From contig JAHQJS010000007.1 of NCBI GenBank assembly GCA_019057385.1, positions 1 to 64,000 on the forward strand: a stretch of DNA of 64,000 nucleotides. The letters run 5' to 3'. The notes below the pieces were generated by a model. The model saw only the letters and a list, made by a program, of their open reading frames with translations, did no database searches and was not told the origin of the DNA. The number at the start of each line of letters is the position of its first letter. Within the stretch, counting starts at the first letter, position 1. Origin of the DNA: Candidatus Borrarchaeum weybense. Lineage in GTDB: Archaea > Asgardarchaeota > Sifarchaeia > Borrarchaeales > Borrarchaeaceae. Shown here piece by piece: positions 48,092-57,401 of the stretch. The position numbers and the translations under genes are program-made.

Positions 48092-48125
48092 CTTTTGAGT
48101 AATCATCGCTGACCAGTAATGGTCA

Positions 48126-48563
48126 CTATCTCTGAAAAAAATGTAACCGTTTTTTCTTTGTAAAACGTGGTAGCGGATAATCCAATAGCAAGTGGCTAAG
48201 GTATCCAAGAATCATTGATGATAGGAGAACGGAAAGTATTTTTGTTGCTAAATCGGAAGTTATTATTGCACCAAGAAAAATCAAGAGGATCAGCAGACCT
48301 GAAATAGCTAAAATGAATTGACTATGAAAGAATCCTCGGTGATATTTCGAGGTAGCTGGTTCTAGGAAATCCGGGAAAATACTTGCAACCGTTGCAATAG
48401 CTATTTGCATAAAAACCAGTGTACCAAGACCTATAAATGACAAAATCATTAATTTAGAATTGCTGAACACCGCTTCATCGATTTTAATTAGATAAAGTGA
48501 GAGTATAACATTAAAACAACCAAATATGAATCCAAAAGATAAATGCAACTTACGACCTGGCAT
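48126..48563 (-). CDS. YdjM-like membrane-bound metal-dependent hydrolase
   Basis: N-terminal H, FPD, HRGFFHS, GYLSHLLLD. Confidence 0.85.
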   Translation of the reverse strand: MPGRKLHLSFGFIFGCFNVILSLYLIKIDEAVFSNSKLMILSFIGLGTLVFMQIAIATVASIFPDFLEPATSKYHRGFFHSQFILAISGLLILLIFLGAIITSDLATKILSVLLSSMILGYLSHLLLDYPLPRFTKKKRLHFFQR

Positions 48564-48684
48564 ACTCTATCAAAGAGAATATTTTAAATTAAGTATAAAA
48601 TCCCACCAATTTTTAAATCAATTTTTAAAATAGAAAATGAAAAATCAAGCTTAAAAAAAGGCTCAAGAGATAAAAATTTCTGTT

Positions 48685-49161
48685 CTAATCAAAGAAGGAT
48701 TCCTTTTCAGCATCTTTCCGTTGTGAAAAATGAAGGTCTTCTATATTATCTTCAGATGGCGTGTCAATATCCTCTGGCTCTTCCTCTTGTATTTGTTTTT
48801 CCTTTGATCGTTTTAGCTTGCGCACAAATTCTCCTAATGATGGGTATTCATAGCACATACTTGCTTCAGATTTTAAATCAATCTTCTGTTTACGAGCAAA
48901 TCCTTCGATAGACTCTGAAAAGCCCATCTTGCCAACTAAAATGAATTTTAAATCGCTTTCAATGCCTTCTTTCTTTACAAGCTGTTGGAGACGTGCTACT
49001 TGGTAACCTTGATTAACCCCGATTATTCTTTTCCAATCTTTAAGAATCACTATCCCATAAGGCTTATCGTTAGAATCTTTTAAAAATAGAGCATTCTTAC
49101 ACATCATCTTCTTAATTGAAAGCTTATTATAATGTTGCCAATGTGAAATATCGAGTGCCAC
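48685..49161 (-). CDS. Mrr-like restriction-endonuclease-fold protein with acidic tail (frame open to 49227)
   Basis: IVILKDWKRIIGVNQ...FILVGKMGFSESIEGFARKQKIDL resembles the Mrr catalytic-domain C-terminal pattern. Confidence 0.6.
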   Translation of the reverse strand: MALDISHWQHYNKLSIKKMMCKNALFLKDSNDKPYGIVILKDWKRIIGVNQGYQVARLQQLVKKEGIESDLKFILVGKMGFSESIEGFARKQKIDLKSEASMCYEYPSLGEFVRKLKRSKEKQIQEEEPEDIDTPSEDNIEDLHFSQRKDAEKESFFD

Positions 49162-49762
49162 AAGCCCTTTCCTTTTGTAATATCGCTTAGTAAGCCATCT
49201 AAGGTTAAAAATCGTTTCTTGCGTAATTTATCTCATGCCCCTGCCTTAAACTTAAAGTTTATGAAATAACACCTCAGATGTAACATCTTATAAACTTACC
49301 TATTTCCTTTTAAATCACTATTCGATTTATACGAGCGCGAAGGCGCGTCTCTTTATAAACTTTAAATAGGTTCTACTACATTAGACTTTATTTAAATACT
49401 TCTTATGTTAATTGCCTATCGTTCATAAGAATGCTATTCTAATGCGAATAGATGGTTTAAAGAGATTATTGCTATTTATCTTGTGTTTAGTATTGGCAGA
49501 AATTTTCGATATATTCTTCGTTTTATTAAACGCAATAGTCGTGGTATTAAACGAAATGTATGTTTGATTGATGATCAATGTTTTTCTTGAATTAAAGCGA
49601 AATTAAAGCTATTTTAGAAAACTTTATATTTTTGTAAAAGAAGAGTTATTTCTACATAGGGAATTAATAGTGCTGCCCTTAAATAAAGCTCTGCATAACT
49701 ATAAGAGCTCATCTAAAAACTATCATAACCACTATATATTCTATTTAATGGGAGGAGTATTC

Positions 49763-50062
49763 TTGGGTGCTTTTTGGGCGATCGAGCGAGAAGTAAGGCA
49801 ATGTCAACGCCTTATTAATCATCTTTTATGGCATACTGACAAAATACACACAAAGGATTCTCTGGCTCGATTTTTCCGATATCATGATGATGTAGAATTG
49901 CGATTAGATCGTCTTGTAGATCTGGATATCTTACAAAGAAGTGGATCCGGAGCATACATGGTATCAAAGAACCAACTGGTTCATGAAGCAATAAAACGTA
50001 TTAATGAAAGAGATAGGACAGCTCGAAATCTCGTTAACTCTGTACTATCTCATTTTTTTTGA
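49763..50062 (+). CDS. 99-aa winged-helix-like protein; paralog of 20861-21160
   Basis: GGAGG RBS before TTG 49763 gives the same 300-nt length as the paralog; roughly 40% identity by manual alignment. Confidence 0.75.
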   Translation: MGAFWAIEREVRQCQRLINHLLWHTDKIHTKDSLARFFRYHDDVELRLDRLVDLDILQRSGSGAYMVSKNQLVHEAIKRINERDRTARNLVNSVLSHFF

Positions 50063-50178
50063 AGCATGGATTTTCATAATTCAATAACATAATGAATTAT
50101 ATTCACCGCTACTCAAGATTTAGATGAGTATAGGTCTTCACTTCTTTTTAAGCAAATTTTATCTCAATATATTAAGGA

Positions 50179-50892
50179 TTGAGAAGTGGAATGGACCAAA
50201 AACCTATTCTTCCAACGGCAGCGCTACCTATCGATAGATTATTAGAGGGTGGTTTGCATACTGGTGAAGTTACAACGGTTTTCGGAGAAGCGGCAACTGG
50301 AAAATCAACACTGGCGTATCAGAGTCTTATTAATGTAGCGAAGATGGAACACTCTACCATTTATATTGATACAGAACATAAGTTTAATACTCGAAGAATA
50401 GCTCAAATTGATGATAAAACTGATGTTTCAGATTTTATTGCACTATTCCAACCAGAGACTTTCACTCAACAGATACAATATCTAAAAAATCTGAAGGCTC
50501 TATTAAATGAAAGACCGTTTAAACTTCTAATTATAGACACAATTTCTAATTTGTACCGCTTAGAATCATGTTCCATAGAGAAAAGCATAGCTCTAAGAAG
50601 ATTACTGGAACAACATCTGGCCCGAATATACTGTGAGACGCGCCGATATAGTTTATTTACTCTTATTCTCAGTCAAGTAAGAAGTTTTAAAGGCAAGACT
50701 ACCCCCATAGGAGAAGATTGTCTTTATGCATACTCTAGAAAATTAGTAGAATTAAGGAAAGGATTGATTAACAATAAACGATTTGCGATTCTAAGAAAAG
50801 GAAGAAGTAATATGATTGATGAGAGCTTACCATATGTTATAACAGAAAAAGGATTTAGTTCAATAAATGAAATAAGGCTTTTGTCTTTTTAA
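50179..50892 (+). CDS. radB: RadB-like RecA-family protein
   Basis: IDRLLEGGL, GEAATGKST, YIDTE, LLIIDTISNLYR, SQVR; no N-terminal HhH domain. Confidence 0.85.
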   Translation: MRSGMDQKPILPTAALPIDRLLEGGLHTGEVTTVFGEAATGKSTLAYQSLINVAKMEHSTIYIDTEHKFNTRRIAQIDDKTDVSDFIALFQPETFTQQIQYLKNLKALLNERPFKLLIIDTISNLYRLESCSIEKSIALRRLLEQHLARIYCETRRYSLFTLILSQVRSFKGKTTPIGEDCLYAYSRKLVELRKGLINNKRFAILRKGRSNMIDESLPYVITEKGFSSINEIRLLSF

Positions 50893-51049
50893 TATTATGA
50901 GTAAGGTGATCAGTGCAATATAGATTGTTTTATTCATCTATTGACAAGTCTCTCAGGATATATTGACTCAATCTTTGAAAAACCTCTAATTTTAAAAGTA
51001 GAAAAAGTAAGATATACTCTAAATCAGTTTCGCTTATAGGAGGATTCTT

Positions 51050-52453
51050 ATTATAAACCGTCAATTAATAAAAACTTCAGTATGGATTGCTCTACTAACG
51101 GGTATAATTCTTTTATCTCCTCTATCAACATTTTCTGCTGATTTTCCAGAGGAACATCCTAATCCTATATCTGGAGTAACATATCGAATAGATTTCTATA
51201 ATCCTGATTATATTCAGTTAGACAAAGATTTAGACATGATGAAAGCGTGTGGTTTTACTATTTTGCGAATTGATGCTCCTTGGGTAGTTGTAGAACCTGA
51301 AAAAGGGGAGTTACATTTTGACGTCGTAGATGAGTTTATTGAGCGTGTGAACAATAAAGGATTTAAGATTTTACTTATTCTGGCGACTGGAGAGCCAGAA
51401 TGGGCAGGACAACTAATTTCTAGCGAGTTCAATGATAATGCTGAAGCATTTATTCGAAAAATTGTTGAACGATATAAAGTCTATGTTGATTATTGGCAAA
51501 TTGAAAACGAGTTAAATATGAGAGTATTTCCTACAAGATGGAACGATATATTTCGCTTCTATGAAAGAATGTGCAACACCGTCAGAGAACTCGATTCAGG
51601 TGCAAAAATCGTTTTAAATCTGAACTGTGACGTACCCTTGTGGTCTCATTTCATTAATTTGATTCGAAGTCTTGATTTTGACATTATTGGATTAGATTCA
51701 TATCCTGGAACTTATTCCGGTGCGCATCCGAGCATATGGGCTACTTATATCCGAGAAGCAGAACTTTCAGGTAAAGAAGTTATGATTACTGAAGCAGGTT
51801 ATTCAACATTTGATTCTCTCCATACTGAAAAAAAGCAAGACCAGTACGTTAAGGCATTATTATCAACAGTATCAGATTTCGACCTTGCTGGAATCTTATG
51901 GTTTGAATTCAACGATGAAACCTCAGTTCCAGTTTGGACATCAACTTCTATACAATTTGGTGCATTCAGTCCGCTTTTTGGAGAAATTGAACTTCATTTT
52001 GGATTGGTTAGGCTAGACCGAACACCAAAACCTGCCTTTACTACTATTAGCGAGTGGATATTGACTTCTAAAGAATATAATTCAAATTTAGCAATGCCAA
52101 CGATATTAATGATACTTTCATTTACATCCATTCTGGGAAGTAATGTACATTTTCCCTTCGGCTTAACTGCCTTTCTGTTTTTTATTATCCGTTCTGGAAT
52201 GGCAGCAGCTATGAAGTGGCGTGGAGCCAAATTAAGACCAACTCGCACATTTCCTTATATAATTATAGCTGCTCTTTTGACTATCCACTTGGGACTTTAT
52301 GCTGGTATTGGAATCTTACCTGCATGGTTTGTAACGCTTCCTTGGTGTGGTTTATTAATTTTAGGATATTTCTTAGGAATTAAAAATATTGACTGGATCT
52401 ACAATTTAGAGTTTAATGATACCTCATCGAGCTTAAAAGAGCCAAGTGAATAA
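51050..52453 (+). CDS. Membrane-anchored clan-A glycoside hydrolase (GH5-like); probable ATT/ATA start (ORF track starts at 51236)
   Basis: Signal-peptide-like extension, DLDMMKACGFTILRID, acid/base WQIENELN, nucleophile MITEAG, FGLVRLDRTPKPAF, C-terminal TMs. Confidence 0.8.
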   Translation: MINRQLIKTSVWIALLTGIILLSPLSTFSADFPEEHPNPISGVTYRIDFYNPDYIQLDKDLDMMKACGFTILRIDAPWVVVEPEKGELHFDVVDEFIERVNNKGFKILLILATGEPEWAGQLISSEFNDNAEAFIRKIVERYKVYVDYWQIENELNMRVFPTRWNDIFRFYERMCNTVRELDSGAKIVLNLNCDVPLWSHFINLIRSLDFDIIGLDSYPGTYSGAHPSIWATYIREAELSGKEVMITEAGYSTFDSLHTEKKQDQYVKALLSTVSDFDLAGILWFEFNDETSVPVWTSTSIQFGAFSPLFGEIELHFGLVRLDRTPKPAFTTISEWILTSKEYNSNLAMPTILMILSFTSILGSNVHFPFGLTAFLFFIIRSGMAAAMKWRGAKLRPTRTFPYIIIAALLTIHLGLYAGIGILPAWFVTLPWCGLLILGYFLGIKNIDWIYNLEFNDTSSSLKEPSE

Positions 52454-52585
52454 TGTTTATTTTGTACTCATTTTAAGACCATCTTAATCTCTTCTTTTTT
52501 ATAAATATATTTTGAAATATTTTTTATTTTGATAAATACATTAATTTTATATATTTGAAGAAATGTAATAGATAGTGGGATTACT

Positions 52586-53626
52586 ATGCATAAGAACTTC
52601 TACCTTTATACTATCACGAAAACTCAAGTTAGAATTGCATTATTAATAGCAATTATTAATCTAATGCTCGTTATGGGATCTTATACCTTAATTGGAATAC
52701 ATTGGACAGAAATCTTCATTATAACCTCCCCCCCAAGTCCTTCACTTTCCTATGTTGGACCTAATCTTGCTACCCCACTCTATTTTCTAGCAATAGTAGG
52801 AGGTCTGCTTCTTATTCAGAAAATAAGACAATGTGCAGCTACTGCAACCGAAAAAATTCCAGTACGTGAACTTAGAGCAACTGCAACTAATCAGATGAGT
52901 TTTGTTTATAATTCTTTAATTCCGGTCCTTTTTGGGATTATCTTCAGTGCAGGACACATTTTCTATAATTTATCAATAACTGGAGTCACTGTTACTAATT
53001 TCATATTTTATAATGTTTATAGTATCTTTCCTGACTTCATTCTAGGATATCTTGCTTGGTTTTGTGTAAGTAGTGTGTATTCCATTTTTTATCTTGGAAA
53101 TTTGTATATTAGCGAAAAAAAACCACTAGCGTCAGATGAAGCATTTGGATTTAGTCCACTTATACGCTTTGGGCTAACATCAGCTACTGCATGGGGTTTT
53201 GTGGGAATCATTATCTTACCTTTAATGGTCTATCTGCCAAAAGATCCGCTTTCAACTCTGCTTGTTTTTTCAGGAGTTAGTTTGTATGGTATCTCAGTCG
53301 CATTATTCTACTTTCTTCCTCTCCTAGGTGTAAATCGAAAGTTAATAGCATTGAAAAATGAGAAAACAGATATATTAACACAAGCATTATATGAAAGAAT
53401 TGATGCGGTCATGCGAGGACTGGATATGCGAATAAATATCCCAACAGATTATTTTCTTGAAGTTCTTGGACTAAATGTCATAAGCAACAGGGCTGAAGCA
53501 ATAAACGTATGGGGAATAAACTTAAAAAACGCAGGACGACTTGTTAGTATGGCAATTTTACCCATCTTATCTTATGTTTTGAAATATTTGATACAATTTT
53601 ATTTTCCTGGAATTCCGTTGCTTTAA
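52586..53626 (+). CDS. Hypothetical multi-pass membrane protein
   Basis: About 7 hydrophobic segments, no recognised motif. Confidence 0.75.
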   Translation: MHKNFYLYTITKTQVRIALLIAIINLMLVMGSYTLIGIHWTEIFIITSPPSPSLSYVGPNLATPLYFLAIVGGLLLIQKIRQCAATATEKIPVRELRATATNQMSFVYNSLIPVLFGIIFSAGHIFYNLSITGVTVTNFIFYNVYSIFPDFILGYLAWFCVSSVYSIFYLGNLYISEKKPLASDEAFGFSPLIRFGLTSATAWGFVGIIILPLMVYLPKDPLSTLLVFSGVSLYGISVALFYFLPLLGVNRKLIALKNEKTDILTQALYERIDAVMRGLDMRINIPTDYFLEVLGLNVISNRAEAINVWGINLKNAGRLVSMAILPILSYVLKYLIQFYFPGIPLL

Positions 53627-53880
53627 TTCAGCCAAGTGATATTTTATGCTCTAGTCTATTTTTATTCGAAATTAGGACTATTGCTTATTTTTTCATTGAT
53701 ATATATTTAGAGGTTCTGTCGAAAAAAAATGTCATTATTTGAGGGGAGATTTTTGTCGCCTTATTCTCCAGAGAAATTTCCTGTATTTAACAGTTTTAGC
53801 TAATTTTGACACAATAATATTAATTTAAATTATCATAAAAATAGTAATTTTTATAAATATGAAGTTACCTTGTAATATAC

Positions 53881-53993
53881 TGAGTTCATTTAATTTAACG
53901 AACTCACCTAAGACACATCTCCAAAAGTATTCTTTTGGAAAACACATAGTGGGTGAAACCCCCCGCATGGGGGGGAAATGGGGTAAATACAAA
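53881..53993 (+). promoter_or_regulatory. Structured 5' leader upstream of the methyltransferase operon
   Basis: Three stems: tgagttc/gaactca, tccaaaag/cttttgga, cccccc/gggggg; TATA-like tttataaa near 53850. Confidence 0.45.
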
Positions 53994-55190
53994 ATGACTA
54001 TTCAAGAATTAGAAAGAAAACAAGACAAAGTTTTAGAAAAAACAAAGTCTTCTCTTGAAGGAATCTATGAAATACCAAAGCCAACTGAAGAACAATTGCA
54101 GCAGATGCCTACAGATCTGCATCGTAAGTACGCAGAAGAAGCTACACTCTACTCAGAGCATTTGTTTCCCTTAGCGTATACGACAAATGCTGTACTTATT
54201 GCTTTTAAAGTGGGAATTTTTGACGCCATGTCTAAGCCAATGACAATTGCTGAACTTGCAGAATATCTCGTTGATAGCGACAAGATCGAGTTAGATCCTC
54301 TCAATTTGGAACAGGAAATCGAAGTATGTAAGCAAAAGATAGGAGCATTGTTTGAGTTATTTTCTGCACCACAGCTTAAGATAGTACAGCAAGTTAATGG
54401 TGGACAGTGGGAACTAACTAGATTAGGGAGTTATCTACGAACCGACTCATCTGTAGGTATCGCAGTGGCTATGATGAACCTCACTGAGTATTACTCAAAG
54501 CCGTCGTTTGGTGACTATCCTCGCCATGTTTTTGGAACTAAGGCTTACGATGACATCGGTTCTCCAGAGGAGGGAGCCGTTTATACTGAACGTGTCCCTC
54601 AAAAAGTGAGAGCCGGATTGTTAATGTCGTTACCAAAATTTGGGGTAAACCTTGATGAAGGCGATCCGTTAGTACTCGACCTTGGATGTGGTGTAGGTGA
54701 TTGGCTCATCGAAATCGCCAAGAAACATCCTAATACTAAAGGAATAGGCTTAGATTACAACCTAGGAAGCTGCGAAATGGGAGCTGCGAAAGCCGAAACT
54801 GCTGGACTTGGTAGTCGCCTGGAATACAGACAAGTAGATCTAGCTACCGATAGAATTCCTCTAAGCGATTCTTCTGTCGATTTAGTGACTGCAATAAACT
54901 TTCACCACTTCTTTCCGAGATACGGCGATCAAAACGTTACGGATGAGATTTTTCGTGTATTAAAACCTGGAGGTAAATTCCTCTCAATTGTGCCATTATG
55001 TGATGGTGCAGACGACACGCTCATGCTCTCTACGCAAACAATGTTTCAATTTCTATTCAGCGGATTTACAGGCTGGCGTACAAAAGAACATCTCACCGAT
55101 ATCGCGCAGAAGGCAGGATTTAAAATCACAAAGTTAGTTCCTATGATTTTCCGAAGCCGTCAAGCAGTATTCTTTGCAGTTAAAACCTAA
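53994..55190 (+). CDS. Class I SAM-dependent methyltransferase with N-terminal dimerisation/wHTH domain
   Basis: GIFDAMSKPMTIAELA, VLDLGCGVG, GLD, EIFRVLKPGG; ATG at 53994 preferred over 53859. Confidence 0.88.
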   Translation: MTIQELERKQDKVLEKTKSSLEGIYEIPKPTEEQLQQMPTDLHRKYAEEATLYSEHLFPLAYTTNAVLIAFKVGIFDAMSKPMTIAELAEYLVDSDKIELDPLNLEQEIEVCKQKIGALFELFSAPQLKIVQQVNGGQWELTRLGSYLRTDSSVGIAVAMMNLTEYYSKPSFGDYPRHVFGTKAYDDIGSPEEGAVYTERVPQKVRAGLLMSLPKFGVNLDEGDPLVLDLGCGVGDWLIEIAKKHPNTKGIGLDYNLGSCEMGAAKAETAGLGSRLEYRQVDLATDRIPLSDSSVDLVTAINFHHFFPRYGDQNVTDEIFRVLKPGGKFLSIVPLCDGADDTLMLSTQTMFQFLFSGFTGWRTKEHLTDIAQKAGFKITKLVPMIFRSRQAVFFAVKT

Positions 55191-55237
55191 ACAGGAATCA
55201 CGTTTTTTTTATTTAAAGTCTAGTGTGGTGATAATAA

Positions 55238-56407
55238 ATGGCACAAAAAACTAGAAGACGTAAAATACAAACTAAAAGAGAGGACGAAAACAAAAGCAAT
55301 CATGTTCGTGTAACAGAAGGCTTAGGCAACGGCCTTGCAATCAGTTTTCTGAAAGAGTACATAGAACCTTTCATTGTTACAGCCGAAATTGCTAATGGAT
55401 TAAAATGTGGTTTTTTCGATGCGTTTCAAAATAGTGGAGACCAATACGTTGCAACCAAAGAGGACATCATTGAATATACAACTAATGGTAATGGTATCGT
55501 AACGATAGACGACAAGGATAGTGTTTATGACCTAGAACAGTTCGCAAAGAAATTAGATGCATGGCTGGAATTAATGGAAACCTCGGATTTAATCTATCGT
55601 AATAACGGTTTCTACTGTTTACAGCCTCTTGCAGTTCATTTCAGAAACGACAAGAACGGGGTAATAAGGTCATTACTCAACGAATCATTTTATTGGACGA
55701 AAACACTGGATGAACGCCATCTTTCAAATATATGGAGTAGACATTGCGTAGATTCATTAATCGGGACACAGAAGTACGATTTTATCGAAAATCATCTCGA
55801 AGCATGTAGTAGCGTGCTATGTCGAGATATTCCACTGTATCTCGAAGAGTTCGATATACATCTAAAGAAAAATTCTATTGTATTGGATATTGGTTGTGGA
55901 ACTGGCTATTTTCTTGAAGAGCTTGCTCGCCTTTATAAAATCAGAGGCGTGGGACTTGATTTCAACTGGAAAGTAGTGGAAAATGGCAACAAAAGGCTTA
56001 AGAAGTTAGGTCTAGGTCGTATAATTAACCTGCGCTACATGGATGTAGCTAAGCAGAAATTGCCAGCCAATGACGATCTTGTGGACTTAGTATTGACCAT
56101 AAACTTGCATCAATATTTCAAACCTGAGCATTATGAGCATTTAACAAATGAGATCTATCGGATCCTCAAACCAGGTGGTACATACTTTTCTATAGTCGCT
56201 GTTGAGTTACCTGAGGAACATCCTTCCAAGAGATTATCGATAGGTATGCATTCGCAATTGTCAAAGATATTCACAGACTTTACAGAATTCGTAGATATGG
56301 CTCATATCAGAGAACTTTATGAGAATGCCGGATTCAATTTCAAAACCTTTGAGACTCTTCCGTTGTATGGGGGACATCAGGAGATTATTGTCGTCAAAAA
56401 ACCTTGA
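55238..56407 (+). CDS. Class I SAM-dependent methyltransferase, tandem paralog
   Basis: VLDIGCGTG, GLD, VDLVLTINLH, EIYRILKPGG. Confidence 0.88.
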   Translation: MAQKTRRRKIQTKREDENKSNHVRVTEGLGNGLAISFLKEYIEPFIVTAEIANGLKCGFFDAFQNSGDQYVATKEDIIEYTTNGNGIVTIDDKDSVYDLEQFAKKLDAWLELMETSDLIYRNNGFYCLQPLAVHFRNDKNGVIRSLLNESFYWTKTLDERHLSNIWSRHCVDSLIGTQKYDFIENHLEACSSVLCRDIPLYLEEFDIHLKKNSIVLDIGCGTGYFLEELARLYKIRGVGLDFNWKVVENGNKRLKKLGLGRIINLRYMDVAKQKLPANDDLVDLVLTINLHQYFKPEHYEHLTNEIYRILKPGGTYFSIVAVELPEEHPSKRLSIGMHSQLSKIFTDFTEFVDMAHIRELYENAGFNFKTFETLPLYGGHQEIIVVKKP

Positions 56408-56487
56408 ACTTCACCTTATTTTTTTGTCTAGCACATTTTTTTGTGCATAAAAGCTACCGTCATTCTTTCTTTTCATTGTAATCAGAG

Positions 56488-57270
56488 TCATTTTGCATTT
56501 TTTTCATTTAAAAGCTCAGGGATAAGTTCTTCCAGTTTCTTAATATCTTTAAGTTCTATTAGATAATCTGGGATTAAGATTTTTTCTTTAAAATGCGTTT
56601 TGTCTGGCGTAAGGATGATTGTTTTCATTCCCAATTCCTTAGCTCCTAAAATGTCAACTTGTGGGTTATCTCCGACGTGAACGCAATTCTCAGGGGCTAC
56701 TCCAAGAGCTGCGCATATCTTAATAAACGGCTGTGTGCTTGGCTTCGTGTCTTTGGTATCTTCCCCAGGAATAATAATCGCATCAAAATATTCGACTAAC
56801 CCAGCGTCTTCGATTCTTTTAGCCTTCATACCCTCCAATCCATCAGTATCACTCATTAAACCAAGCTTAATGCCTTTCTGCCAGAGAGATGCCAGCAGAT
56901 CCTCTACTCCCGGAAAAATCTTGGATTCATCACTCACGGTCTGCCAATAGATAGTAGTTAGTTCATTAAGAGTGGATTCCGAAATTGATTCCGAAATATC
57001 TTTACTAAAATATCGTTTTACAGCTTCTTTCCACCAAATATTGCGGTTGTAAATGTGCTTTTCATTCATTTCACGTTCCATCAGTTCAATTAAGTTTAAT
57101 AGTACCTTTTCTTGAATCTCTCCTTGAATATTCAGGTACTTTAATAAAAAATCACAAACCTTTGAATGAGCAATATTTCTACGTGGATGCGACTCAACTA
57201 AAGTGCCGTCAAAATCAAAAATAGCAGCATATCTTTTTTCTGTGTTACTTGTCATCAAGATCTCCCTCAT
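56488..57270 (-). CDS. HAD-family hydrolase
   Basis: FDFDGTL, KPS, HVGDNPQVDILGA. Confidence 0.9.
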   Translation of the reverse strand: MREILMTSNTEKRYAAIFDFDGTLVESHPRRNIAHSKVCDFLLKYLNIQGEIQEKVLLNLIELMEREMNEKHIYNRNIWWKEAVKRYFSKDISESISESTLNELTTIYWQTVSDESKIFPGVEDLLASLWQKGIKLGLMSDTDGLEGMKAKRIEDAGLVEYFDAIIIPGEDTKDTKPSTQPFIKICAALGVAPENCVHVGDNPQVDILGAKELGMKTIILTPDKTHFKEKILIPDYLIELKDIKKLEELIPELLNEKNAK

Positions 57271-57363
57271 TTAAGATTAGTTAATTTCCATTTTATAGTT
57301 TCTCTGTAGTAGAGACTAATATTCTATTTTGAAAAACCGTCAACTTTTTATAGGCTTACGACA

Positions 57364-57391
57364 TACTATGTAGACGTCAATATATATAGTA
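57364..57391. promoter_or_regulatory. Imperfect inverted repeat, candidate PadR operator
   Basis: tactatgta-N10-tatatagta (8/9 match) between a TATA-like tttttata and the padR start. Confidence 0.45.
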
Positions 57392-57401
57392 GTCTAAATA
57401 T

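Noticed and set aside
35997-49161. Provirus or intact integrative conjugative element
   Set aside because: No integrase, relaxase, capsid, terminase or att repeats recognised; a remote mobile origin is not excluded
49335-49346. gcgc-gaag-gcgc mini-hairpin in AT-rich intergenic DNA
   Set aside because: Only 4 bp of stem; insufficient evidence
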